Source of the DNA: an archaeon
GTDB taxonomy: Archaea > EX4484-52 > B79-G9
Assembly: GCA_043813875.1 (NCBI GenBank)
Contig: JBDRKP010000057.1
Location: 1 to 34,997 of the forward strand
Length of the DNA stretch: 34,997 bases
Direction: 5' to 3'
Shown here: positions 8,362 to 17,210 of the stretch, piece after piece
How positions within the stretch are numbered: the first letter of the stretch is position 1
How the letters are laid out: the number at the start of each line of letters is the position of its first letter
Made by a program: the position numbers and the translations under genes
The notes under the pieces: generated by a model
The model's input: only the letters and a program-made list of their open reading frames with translations
The model's database searches: none
Told to the model about the DNA's origin: nothing

Positions 8362-9300
8362 TTATTCGAAGATATCGCCTGCGTTGATTAGGGGCTTGTC
8401 GAAGACGAGATCCTCTTCGATCCGTGGGCATGCGGTGTTGACGATGATGTCATAGTCCATTCCTAACAGATTTTCCTGCGATATGAAGTCCATGACGACG
8501 ATGAATGCGCTTTTCCCGGTCTTCTCTATTCTTTTTTTCAGGCTGACTACGCTCCTGTTCATCTGGCCGGCTTTGGTCGAGGCTACTATGCATACTTTTT
8601 TCGCGTCCCTGAATTTGTGCATCAAGATTATCTTTTTTTTCCTGAGGCGCTCCTGTTCCGCTTTCAGGTCGTATATCCTGCCGTCTTCGAGGCTTAAGAG
8701 GAGCACGGGCAAGTCTGTCTTTTTTGCGATCCCTAATGCGTGGAACCTGCCGGTGCCGAAGAAGAGGATGCAGTCTACCTTGTCTGCTATATTAAGTGCC
8801 GCGCCTGGGTCGCAACCAAGTACCTGGCCGGGATATTTAGCGATTGGGGATTCGCCTACGTATACTGTCTTTTTGTGATGTTCCAGCAGGTTGCGGACTT
8901 TGGGGATCTCTTTGATGTGCTGGATTGTTGTCGCAAGGCCTATGCTTTTGTAGTCTTTGAGCTTATCGAGCTCTTTTTTTAGTAACTCTGTGACATCTGT
9001 ATCTGAAAAATATTCTATATATACTACCGGCAGAGCCAGCTTTTTTACCATACCTGAATGACCTACGTGGACTATGAGGTCGCAGCCGAATCTTTTCATG
9101 CCCAAGTCAGGGATGTCGCATGCGCCAAAGCATGGGTCTGCGAATATAAGTACGTTGACTGATAGCGCTTCAATATCGCCTGCCATGCCCACTACTTTGG
9201 TTTTCAGGCCTTCCGGCACCTGAAGAGCGACGGTTTTTGCGTCGTGTCTTTTTATTGAGTTCTCTATATTTTTTATATCAGCTATTGAAAGCATGAACAT
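8362..9300 (-). CDS. dph2: Diphthamide biosynthesis enzyme Dph2 (start may be ATG 9294)
   Basis: LQVPEGLK, PCFGACD, HVGHS, GQVLGC, GRFH, K.GQ, NTACPRI; three cluster cysteines. Confidence 0.93.
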   Translation of the reverse strand: MFMLSIADIKNIENSIKRHDAKTVALQVPEGLKTKVVGMAGDIEALSVNVLIFADPCFGACDIPDLGMKRFGCDLIVHVGHSGMVKKLALPVVYIEYFSDTDVTELLKKELDKLKDYKSIGLATTIQHIKEIPKVRNLLEHHKKTVYVGESPIAKYPGQVLGCDPGAALNIADKVDCILFFGTGRFHALGIAKKTDLPVLLLSLEDGRIYDLKAEQERLRKKKIILMHKFRDAKKVCIVASTKAGQMNRSVVSLKKRIEKTGKSAFIVVMDFISQENLLGMDYDIIVNTACPRIEEDLVFDKPLINAGDIFE

Positions 9301-9322
9301 GACCTTCTGATGTTTCTTCAGT

Positions 9323-11551
9323 CTAATGACTGTCCGGGCGGTATGATTTATGCATCATTATGTCTAGGAGCATCTTTTTTTCCGTCCTTGCCGCAACGTA
9401 TTTCAGCATCCTGAACTCGCTCCTGTTGACAGAAATAGAATCTATGTTGAACTCAATCAATTTCTCGATGAATTGCTGGTTTGTGATGCCTTTGCCATGG
9501 ATGGACGTATGTATCTTACGGTTGTGGTAACTCTTGATGCAGTTCCTGATTATCTTCAGGACTGCCGGATGCATCTCGTGATTCGTTATCAATGTGCCTG
9601 GTGCAAGCCCGAGTGTGGACTGGATCAGCAATTCATAGTCTATCGAGATGAATTTTATGCCTGTGTCTGAGAAATCGTCACTTAATATGCATGCTGCGGG
9701 CGTGTCGATGGCCAGGCCGTATTCCACGGATGATAGATTCAGGCCTACTTCTTCGGCTATCTTCTTTATTTTTGTCATGTAGCTGTGATGGTGGATGCCG
9801 GGAAATATTATGCCGATATTGTTGTATCCTTTGTCTATGATAAGCTTCAGTTCCATTAGCTGGTTCCTGAAATCAGGGTCACTCGGGTTCTTTGTCTTTA
9901 TCCAGACGGTCTTTGGGTAGAATGAGTCGATGACTTTAAGGGCAATATTTGATACAGGAGCTGATTGAGCAGGGTTCGCGAGGCCATTCATGCTGTCTGA
10001 TGCTGCTGCTGAAGACATCGCATTGAGTGGCATGAATCCGACCCCGTCGGATATGTCTTTCATGCTGTCGCAATCTGATTCGGCGTAGATGTTCAGCTTT
10101 ATTTTCGTTGCTATGATGGGCTCTTGTTCTTCGGATGATTCATGTGAGGGAATACTGGCGGGCCTTTCCGGGCCGGGTGGAATCGTGTCTTTTTTTTCAT
10201 AGATGGATCCGGTTGCGCAATCCATGGTTACGCATCTTGTATTGGCGAGTTTCATTGTCGCGTCGTATGCTCCGACTATCAATGGTATGTTCATCTCGCG
10301 CGAAATCTTTGCGAGGTTGCATAGCATGCCGCCGTTGTTTGTTATTATGCCTTTCACTGTCCTGAGTACAGGCACCAGGTCAATGGATGCTGTGGGAGCG
10401 ACCAGGATAGTGTTCCCTGTAATGTTTCCCAGTTCATACGTGCTGTTTATCACTTTTATGGCGCCTTCTGCGCTGCTGATGTTTGCTCCTGCGCCTTTGC
10501 ATAGCGCAATGCTTGATTCGTCCGGGCGGGGAATCTGCTCGCGCTTCAGGGATATTGTCGATATTGGGATTGACTGGAGTATGTATACCCTGCGTTTCGC
10601 TATCGCCCATTCGATGTCCTGCGGGTGATTGAAATGTACCTGTATCTTGTCTCCTATCTCTGCGATGACCTTGAGCTCGTTGGTCGATAGTATGGATGAG
10701 TTTACCTGTTCTGTTGTCACTCTTTCTTTCCTTGTGCCGCCGTTGAGCTGGTCTATGACGACCATTGCTGCTTTCTTGTTGACTTTGGCTTCTGTGATGG
10801 TGCCGTTGTGGACGTTGAGCGTGTACCTGTCGGGCGCGACTTCGCCTGACGATATTGTCTGCCCGAGCCCGTAGGAGCCTTCGATGACGAATTCATTGAG
10901 GTTGTTGGTGAGCGGGTTTGCTGTGAAGAGGACTCCGGATTTTTCAGATACTATCATCTCCTGGACGATTATAGCGAGTTCCGGGGAGCGGACGTTGTTT
11001 TTCTTGTAGTAGTATATGGCGGCGGGGGAATAGAATGAAGCGAAAGATGCGAGTATGGATTTCATGAGCGATGGGGTGCCGAGGATGTTCAAGGTGGAGG
11101 AATGGATGCCGGATGCGCTGAGTTTTGCCTGCTCTGTTATGGCGGAGCATCGCACTGCGACACACAGGTCGCCCCGGCCTGCATTTATCATGCTCTTTGC
11201 GATCTCGTTCAGGCCTTTCATATCATCGCTTACTGAAAGGCCTTTATAGGTGGCGGAGATTTCATCTGAGAGCGTCTCGGGGATGTTGCCGGCCATTACC
11301 AGGTCATTGATCTTCTTTGAGGCATCGACCAGGTTTATGTAGCTGTTTATGTCGATGTTTTCAAGGATATTGTTTATGGGCTCTACCAGCTTGTTTTTCA
11401 GGAGGAAGTCGCTTAATGCGCGTGATTTGATGACGAAGCCTTTCGGTACCGGGTAACTGCGGTTGTGAAGCTCGGCTATGTTCAGGGCTTTGGTTCCCAC
11501 TTCTCCCTTCATCATCGGGGTTACATCCTTGAATAATAAGCAATATACCAT
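9323..11551 (-). CDS. PEP synthase (PpsA)-like protein with degenerate catalytic motifs
   Basis: Three-domain PpsA layout (VPKGF, KSGVLFT, GLG..SGEVAPD, PQDIEWA; swivel GG....SREMNIP; barrel ATKIKLN...IDSISVN), but the phospho-His position is Asn. Start set at ATG 11551 (11560 also possible). Confidence 0.8.
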   Translation of the reverse strand: MVYCLLFKDVTPMMKGEVGTKALNIAELHNRSYPVPKGFVIKSRALSDFLLKNKLVEPINNILENIDINSYINLVDASKKINDLVMAGNIPETLSDEISATYKGLSVSDDMKGLNEIAKSMINAGRGDLCVAVRCSAITEQAKLSASGIHSSTLNILGTPSLMKSILASFASFYSPAAIYYYKKNNVRSPELAIIVQEMIVSEKSGVLFTANPLTNNLNEFVIEGSYGLGQTISSGEVAPDRYTLNVHNGTITEAKVNKKAAMVVIDQLNGGTRKERVTTEQVNSSILSTNELKVIAEIGDKIQVHFNHPQDIEWAIAKRRVYILQSIPISTISLKREQIPRPDESSIALCKGAGANISSAEGAIKVINSTYELGNITGNTILVAPTASIDLVPVLRTVKGIITNNGGMLCNLAKISREMNIPLIVGAYDATMKLANTRCVTMDCATGSIYEKKDTIPPGPERPASIPSHESSEEQEPIIATKIKLNIYAESDCDSMKDISDGVGFMPLNAMSSAAASDSMNGLANPAQSAPVSNIALKVIDSFYPKTVWIKTKNPSDPDFRNQLMELKLIIDKGYNNIGIIFPGIHHHSYMTKIKKIAEEVGLNLSSVEYGLAIDTPAACILSDDFSDTGIKFISIDYELLIQSTLGLAPGTLITNHEMHPAVLKIIRNCIKSYHNRKIHTSIHGKGITNQQFIEKLIEFNIDSISVNRSEFRMLKYVAARTEKKMLLDIMMHKSYRPDSH

Positions 11552-11622
11552 TTTTATCATCTCAACAATTATGTGTATATGGGGAGTTAAATAATTTAAA
11601 TTGTTTTGAACAGAAAAATATA

Positions 11623-11672
11623 TAAACACATGTACACTAAATTAAACATATGTTCAATGAATTAAACATGTT
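11623..11672. promoter_or_regulatory. Tandem palindromic repeats, candidate autoregulatory operator of the TA pair
   Basis: TAAACA at 11623, 11643 and 11663 (20-bp period); first two units 16/20 identical; cores AACATATGTT and AACATGTT. Confidence 0.5.
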
Positions 11673-12174
11673 GAAGCTGTTCTTTGAGTCGCCTTCAAGG
11701 CAGTTCAATGTGCGGGAAGCTGCAAGACAGCTTAAAATAACGCCTGCGACTGTGAGCAAAAAGCTGAAGGTTCTTGCAAAAAGGGGTATACTTTCTTACA
11801 AAAAGGAGAATGTCCTTGATTTTTACAGGGCGAATCTGGATAATGATGAATACCGGGACCTCAAGGTATTCTACATGATTCGCAAGCTTAAGGAATCAGG
11901 CTTTATCGAGGCGTTGAACCGGTTCTATCTTAAGCCCACGATTGTCCTGTTCGGTTCTGCGGCTGCCGGACTTGATACTGAAACGAGTGATATCGATCTG
12001 GTTGTCATAAGTGAAAAAACGGCTGAGTTCCCAGATGTGAAGGCGTTTGAAGAGAAGCTGGGCAGGCCTTTGCAGATTTTTGCTGTCAATGATCTCAAGG
12101 ATATGAAGAATCCTCATCTTATCAATAATGTTCTTAACGGGCTTGTCATGCAGGGGGAAATCAGATGGATCTAG
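11650..12174 (+). CDS. wHTH + minimal nucleotidyltransferase (MNT) antitoxin
   Basis: N-terminal HTH (VREAARQLKITPATVSKKL); LFGS...G......SDIDL nucleotidyltransferase motif. Confidence 0.88.
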   Translation: MFNELNMLKLFFESPSRQFNVREAARQLKITPATVSKKLKVLAKRGILSYKKENVLDFYRANLDNDEYRDLKVFYMIRKLKESGFIEALNRFYLKPTIVLFGSAAAGLDTETSDIDLVVISEKTAEFPDVKAFEEKLGRPLQIFAVNDLKDMKNPHLINNVLNGLVMQGEIRWI

Positions 12175-12578
12175 GGGACTGCTGGGATAAAGGATATATC
12201 AAGAAAACGAAGCCTAACAAAGAGCTTGTAAAGTCATTGATTGAAATGTCAGACATCAAGGAAAAGGCGGTGAACAGCGCCGATATCGATGAATTGACTG
12301 TTTCTGCGTATGTGCCGATGGCTTATGATTCGTTGAGGGAAGTTCTTGAAGCGATATGCATCTCCCGCGGCTATAAAGTTACGTCGCATGTATGTATAGG
12401 TGAGTTGATCAGAACCTTTTTGGATGATTTTGACTTTCACGGGTTTGACAGGTTCAGATATATCCGGAACGGAATCAATTATTATGGTGAAAAAGTGGAT
12501 TTTAAGCAGGGAATCGATATCATCAAAAAGATGTTTGACATGAAAAAAGAACTTCTTGAAGGGATGGATCTTTCATGA
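12165..12578 (+). CDS. HEPN-domain protein, putative toxin
   Basis: Overlaps the MNT gene; helical 137 aa with AYDSLRE..EA, GYKVTSH, FDRFRYIRNGINYYG. Confidence 0.75.
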   Translation: MDLGDCWDKGYIKKTKPNKELVKSLIEMSDIKEKAVNSADIDELTVSAYVPMAYDSLREVLEAICISRGYKVTSHVCIGELIRTFLDDFDFHGFDRFRYIRNGINYYGEKVDFKQGIDIIKKMFDMKKELLEGMDLS

Positions 12579-12601
12579 TATGGCCTTTATTCCCGCTGAA
12601 T

Positions 12602-13285
12602 TCATATCATCCCGTCCTCTTTCAGGCTTACATGCTTTTCGTTGCCGAGAATTATGTGGTCCATGAGCTCGATGCGCATTATCTCTGATGCCTTTATTAT
12701 CTTTTTTGTGACGGAGATGTCGTCTGCGCTCGGAGTCGGGTCGCCTGACGGGTGGTTGTGGACGAGGATTATGGATGCGCACGCTTCGGTGACTGCGCTC
12801 CTGAATATCTCGCGCGGGTGGATGAGGCTTGAGTTCAAGGTGCCTATCGATATTGTCTCTTCTTTTATTAGCTGGTTTCTTGTGTCAAGGTAGAGGCCGA
12901 CAAGATGCTCTTTCTTGAGATTCTTCATCTTCGGCATGAGGTAGTCTCTTACGTCTTTTGAGTTCTGGAATTTCAGCTTGTATGGTTCCTTGTCTGAAGA
13001 TATCCTTCTTGCTATCTCAAAGACCGCTATTATCTGGGCTGCTTTCGCGTCCTTTATGCCTTTGAATCTTTTTACCTGACTGGCTGTCACTTGCGGCAGA
13101 TCTTTGATGTCGAATTCTTTTAATATCCTTTTTGAGAGGTCAAGGACGTTCTCTTCTCTTGTGCCGCAGCGGATTATGATTGCAAGGAGCTCGGACAGTG
13201 AGAGGGCTTCGGGGCCGTATTTAAGGAGGCGCTCGCGGGGCTTCTCGAATTGCGGGAGGTCTTTGATCATCAATTTGCATTGCAT
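12602..13285 (-). CDS. radC: RadC / UPF0758 JAB-domain protein
   Basis: EKPRERL...G..ALS..ELLAII, HhH GIKDAKA, HPREIF, HNHPSGDPTPS.DD, DHII. Confidence 0.95.
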   Translation of the reverse strand: MQCKLMIKDLPQFEKPRERLLKYGPEALSLSELLAIIIRCGTREENVLDLSKRILKEFDIKDLPQVTASQVKRFKGIKDAKAAQIIAVFEIARRISSDKEPYKLKFQNSKDVRDYLMPKMKNLKKEHLVGLYLDTRNQLIKEETISIGTLNSSLIHPREIFRSAVTEACASIILVHNHPSGDPTPSADDISVTKKIIKASEIMRIELMDHIILGNEKHVSLKEDGMI

Positions 13286-13372
13286 GATTATGAATATTTT
13301 TTTATGATATATAAAGAATGGCTATGTGTGGGTTGCCGATAGAATCAATCACAATAAATATTTAAACGATTG

Positions 13373-13389
13373 GTGGTAATGATTACCAC
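13373..13389. promoter_or_regulatory. Perfect 8-1-8 palindrome, Fur/PerR-box-like candidate operator
   Basis: GTGGTAAT-G-ATTACCAC just downstream of TATTTAAA (13359-13366) in the radC/trxB intergenic region. Confidence 0.55.
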
Positions 13390-13478
13390 ACACAGTTTGT
13401 GCTTGATTTGGAATTATGTTATTATGTTGATGATATGTTGATGGTGTTTTAGAAGGTTTTATGTGCGATGTGGTTTGA

Positions 13479-14393
13479 ATGGATTTGTATGATGTGATAA
13501 TTATTGGCGCGGGGCCCGGAGGGCTCAACGCTGCGGTGTATGCTGCGCGGTATCGATTGAAAGTGCTTGTGATCGGCGAGATTGTCGGCGGCATGGCGGC
13601 TGAGGCTTACGAGGTTTGCAATTTCCTTACTTATGACAAGATTCGCGGATATGAGCTTGCGCTCAAGATGAGGGAGCAGGTGAAGAAGCTTGGCGTCGGG
13701 ATCATGCAGAAGAAAGTGACTGAGATCGTCAAGACTAAGAAGGGATTTGAAGTCAGGACGAATGATGAGGCCTTTCATGCGAAGAAGATTATCATCGCTA
13801 CAGGCACGCATAAAAGGGAGCTCAATCTCCTGAAGGAAAAAAAACTTGTCGGGCGCGGAGTCAGCTATTGCGCTACATGCGATGCTGCATTTTTCAAGGA
13901 CAAGGATGTCGCTGTCGCAGGCGGGAGCGATGCTGCGCTGACGGCTGCGCTTTTGCTTTCTCTATATGCGAAGATCGTGTATATCGTGTACAGGAAAGGC
14001 AGTTTTTTGCGGGCTGAGCCTGCGTGGGTGCATCTTGTGAATGAAAACAAGAAGATTAAGCCTATATTTGATTCGAATATCGTCGAGCTGATCGGCGAGA
14101 GCAAGCTTGAGGGGATACTGCTTGACAGCAAGAAGGAACTTAAGGTTGACGGGCTTTTCGTCGAGATCGGGGCGATACCGCAGTCGAGGCTTGCCAAGGA
14201 TATGGGAGTCAAGCTTGATGATGATTATATCATGACGGATGAGGAGCAGAGGACTAATGTGGACGGAGTTTTCGCGTGCGGGGATGTCACTGACAATCTG
14301 CTGAAACAGATCATCGTCGCAGCCGCCGAGGGCGCAATCGCCGCCAAGATGGCCTATAATGATATAATGGCTGAGATCGAGAAGTCGCTTTAA
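13479..14393 (+). CDS. trxB: Thioredoxin reductase family FAD-dependent oxidoreductase
   Basis: GAGPGG FAD motif, GVSYCATCD, GGSDAA, TNVDGVFACGD, QIIVAAAEGA. Confidence 0.92.
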   Translation: MDLYDVIIIGAGPGGLNAAVYAARYRLKVLVIGEIVGGMAAEAYEVCNFLTYDKIRGYELALKMREQVKKLGVGIMQKKVTEIVKTKKGFEVRTNDEAFHAKKIIIATGTHKRELNLLKEKKLVGRGVSYCATCDAAFFKDKDVAVAGGSDAALTAALLLSLYAKIVYIVYRKGSFLRAEPAWVHLVNENKKIKPIFDSNIVELIGESKLEGILLDSKKELKVDGLFVEIGAIPQSRLAKDMGVKLDDDYIMTDEEQRTNVDGVFACGDVTDNLLKQIIVAAAEGAIAAKMAYNDIMAEIEKSL

Positions 14394-14403
14394 GGGTGAT
14401 GGA

Positions 14404-14874
14404 TTGAAGACTCTTATCGTATTTTATTCGAGGTCAGGGAATACTAAAAAGGTTGCCCTGAAAATGAGGGATATGCTCAAATGCGATATCGAGGAGATTG
14501 TCGACACCATGAACAGGGCTGGTGTTTGGGGGGTTATTGGCGCCGGCCTTGATTCAATATTGAACAGACAGACTGTTCTTGCAAAAATGAAGAAGGATCC
14601 AACAACTTATGATCTTGTGATCATCGGAGCGCCTGTATGGGCCGGACGAATATCTGTCCCTGCGAGGACCTATATCTCCAGGAATCGCGAGGGCATTTTG
14701 AAAACTGCGTTTTTCTGTACCTGTGCTGATCCTGAAAACACGAAGATAGATTGCCAGATCGATGAGCTATTTGTCAAAAAACCGGTCGCAGTGCTTAAGT
14801 TGAGGGATGATGATGTCAGGCGCGGCGAATTTGCTGAAAAGCTCAAGGGGTTTGTAAGAAGGATCAAAGGTTAG
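14404..14874 (+). CDS. Flavodoxin family protein
   Basis: FYSRSGNTKKVA FMN loop, YDLVIIGAPVW, AFFCT; GGTGA SD before the TTG start. Confidence 0.88.
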   Translation: MKTLIVFYSRSGNTKKVALKMRDMLKCDIEEIVDTMNRAGVWGVIGAGLDSILNRQTVLAKMKKDPTTYDLVIIGAPVWAGRISVPARTYISRNREGILKTAFFCTCADPENTKIDCQIDELFVKKPVAVLKLRDDDVRRGEFAEKLKGFVRRIKG

Positions 14875-15740
14875 GCGTCTTTTCTTAATATGTACATGGG
14901 AGTGATCTTCGAGTACGGGTGGTCGTCTGTCTCGAAGGTCTCGATGATGCTGAAGTATCTCCTGTAATCGTCTTCTTCCTCATCCCTGTATGCGTAGACA
15001 AAGACTTTGTCGATGAATCCCGTGCACCAGAAGTCCCATACCATGCCAAGGAGCCGCTCAAGGTTCTTTCCGTACCGGCTGAAGCCGGACTCGTCTCTTA
15101 GTCTTTTTAGCATCTCTTTTGGTACTGTGAATGTGCCCAGGTGGTCTTTTTGGTCATAGGAAAGTATCTGTAGCTCGAGGACTAACTCCAATGAGGTCCT
15201 GAAAGTGGGTTCTTTTTTTGAGAAATGGGCAAGTATCTCGTCTATGTCCCTGTATGGCTTATCTTTTGGGACGCAGAAGGAGCGGGTGATGAAGCAGCCG
15301 CCTGGTTTCAGGAGGCGCTTGACTTCGGTCAATAGTGTCTTTCGTTCGTGCCAGCGGATGTTTGGAAGGACCGCGTCGCCGAGGATGATATCGTAATAAC
15401 CGCTCTGCAATGGGTTGTCGAGCCAGTCTGACTTCACGATTATATCGCTGCCTCTGGGCTGCGACATGAGAGTATCCATGGCGAGTATCATCTCAAGGTT
15501 GATGTCAAGGACTGTGGTCCTGTAGCCGTGCTCTTTCAAGGCGTCCCTGATCTCCGGTGTCGCTCCTAATATAAGTGCTTGCATGGGCTTTTTTTCGCTG
15601 TTCAAGCGGCCAAGCCATTCGCTGTACTTTGCGGCCTCGTTTTTTGAGACGCGGCTTGGAGGGGCGAAATAGGTGTCCCACATGTCGGCTATCTTTTTCC
15701 ATGGCTCGGAGGTGGTCTTCTTGTCGTCAGGCATAAGCAT
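14871..15740 (-). CDS. Class I SAM-dependent methyltransferase-like protein
   Basis: ALILGATPE (motif I variant), VLDIN, DWL, YDIILGD, RLLKPGG; start trimmed to ATG 15740/15734. Confidence 0.8.
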   Translation of the reverse strand: MLMPDDKKTTSEPWKKIADMWDTYFAPPSRVSKNEAAKYSEWLGRLNSEKKPMQALILGATPEIRDALKEHGYRTTVLDINLEMILAMDTLMSQPRGSDIIVKSDWLDNPLQSGYYDIILGDAVLPNIRWHERKTLLTEVKRLLKPGGCFITRSFCVPKDKPYRDIDEILAHFSKKEPTFRTSLELVLELQILSYDQKDHLGTFTVPKEMLKRLRDESGFSRYGKNLERLLGMVWDFWCTGFIDKVFVYAYRDEEEDDYRRYFSIIETFETDDHPYSKITPMYILRKDA

Positions 15741-15794
15741 CTCATCATATCTTTCCCGCGTGATTTTTATATTTGTATCACCATAATCATTTTT

Positions 15795-16682
15795 ATGATG
15801 GACCCGAAGTGCGAGCTTGTTAGGATGGTGACTGCTGATGAGCTTGAGCTGCAGGGGCTTCTTTTTGAGCCGGATGGCAGTTCGGGTGCGAAGACGGCTC
15901 TGATCCATGTGCATGGATGGGCGGGTAATTTCTATGAGAACCTGTTCATCGATGATCTCGCGAGGAAGGCGGTGAATGAGGGCGTGGCTTTTCTTGCAGC
16001 TCTCAACAGGGGGGCTGGCATCGTGTCTGACATCATAAGCATGAAGGGAGCAAAAAGAGGATACGAGAGGATTGGTGGGTGCATCGAAAAGTTCGAGGAT
16101 TCTGTGCTTGATATAAGAGCTGCCATTGATTTTCTTGCTGCCAGAGGATATGGGAATATCATACTTGAGGGGCACAGCCTCGGGTGCCAGAAGGTTGCGT
16201 ACTATATGTACAAGACGAAGGATGAGAGGGTCAGAGGGCTTGTTTTTCTTGCGCCGGTGGATGATGCATCATATGTCAAAAGGCGACTTCTTGAGAGGTA
16301 TGATGAGTCGATCGATGTGGCAAAGCGCATGGTGCGCGACGGTGAGGGGAGTGATGCTGTGCCTTCGTGGATGGCGTTCTATCCGCTCCTGACTGCGAAG
16401 AGGTTTCTTGATCTATCTGATCCGAAAACAATGCATGGGCGCATGTTTTATTACGGGGGCGGGCTTGATGAGATCAGGCGCGTCGTGTGCCCGTGTCTTG
16501 CTGTCTTCGGCTCGCGCGATGATTATGAGGCGGAGCCTGAAAAGAAGCTCGTGATTATCAAAAAGGCTATGAAGAGATGCGATACTGTGCTTGTCGATGA
16601 TGCTGACCACTGGTTTTTTGGGCATGAGGATGAGATGGCCAAGACGGTGTTTATGTGGATCGGAAAGAAGGCGGCTCCCTGA
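15795..16682 (+). CDS. Alpha/beta hydrolase (DUF1749-like)
   Basis: HVHG, GHSLG nucleophile elbow, GSRDD, DADH catalytic His. Confidence 0.85.
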   Translation: MMDPKCELVRMVTADELELQGLLFEPDGSSGAKTALIHVHGWAGNFYENLFIDDLARKAVNEGVAFLAALNRGAGIVSDIISMKGAKRGYERIGGCIEKFEDSVLDIRAAIDFLAARGYGNIILEGHSLGCQKVAYYMYKTKDERVRGLVFLAPVDDASYVKRRLLERYDESIDVAKRMVRDGEGSDAVPSWMAFYPLLTAKRFLDLSDPKTMHGRMFYYGGGLDEIRRVVCPCLAVFGSRDDYEAEPEKKLVIIKKAMKRCDTVLVDDADHWFFGHEDEMAKTVFMWIGKKAAP

Positions 16683-16691
16683 CTTTGACTT

Positions 16692-17210
16692 TCAGCGGGA
16701 GAGGATGCTTAGCAAGTTTTTTTCTGATCTCTCTTTTATTGTGTCGTATAAACTGTTGCCCTCTGAGTCCATCGCGACTATCAGGGGGAGGTCTTTTACG
16801 ACGAGTTCCCAGATGGCTTCGGGCATGCCGAACTCGGGCTTGTGGACGCTTATCAATGTCATCTTCTTTGCGTAGACTAAGGCTGCGCCGCCGACTGCTG
16901 CGAAGTAGACCGCTTTTCCTTTGAGGGCTTCAAGGACTGTCCTGTCCATGCCGCCTTTTCCTATGATGGCTTTCAGGTTGTATTTTTCGAGCATCTTCGG
17001 TGTGTATGGGTTCAGTCTTGAGCTTGTTGTCGGTCCTGCGGCTATGACCAGATTGTCTTTGATTATGGGGCCGCAGTGGTAGATTATCGAGCCGGTGATC
17101 TTTTCAAGATGGTTTTCAAGGAGGTAGAGATGGGCCTTGTCTCTTGCGGTGAATATCGTCCCGCTCAGAAGGTATCTGTCGCCTGCTTTCAGTTTCGTGA
17201 AGTCAGTCAT
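16692..17210 (-). CDS. Class I fumarate hydratase beta subunit (FumA C-terminal/TtdB family)
   Basis: TARDKAH, YHCGP, AGPTTSSR, IGKGGM, GMPEAIW, MDSEGNSL. Confidence 0.9.
   Translation of the reverse strand: MTDFTKLKAGDRYLLSGTIFTARDKAHLYLLENHLEKITGSIIYHCGPIIKDNLVIAAGPTTSSRLNPYTPKMLEKYNLKAIIGKGGMDRTVLEALKGKAVYFAAVGGAALVYAKKMTLISVHKPEFGMPEAIWELVVKDLPLIVAMDSEGNSLYDTIKERSEKNLLSILSR

Noticed and set aside
11552..11629. N-terminal extension of the PpsA-like ORF
   Set aside because: AT-rich promoter sequence shared with the divergent TA operon.
13414..13450. Degenerate ATGTT(G/A) repeats upstream of trxB
   Set aside because: Low-complexity TG-rich sequence with no regular unit.
15741..16175. Long N-terminal extension of the methyltransferase ORF (track 14871..16175)
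   Set aside because: It overlaps the well-supported hydrolase on the opposite strand and has no protein-like motifs; the real start is near 15740.
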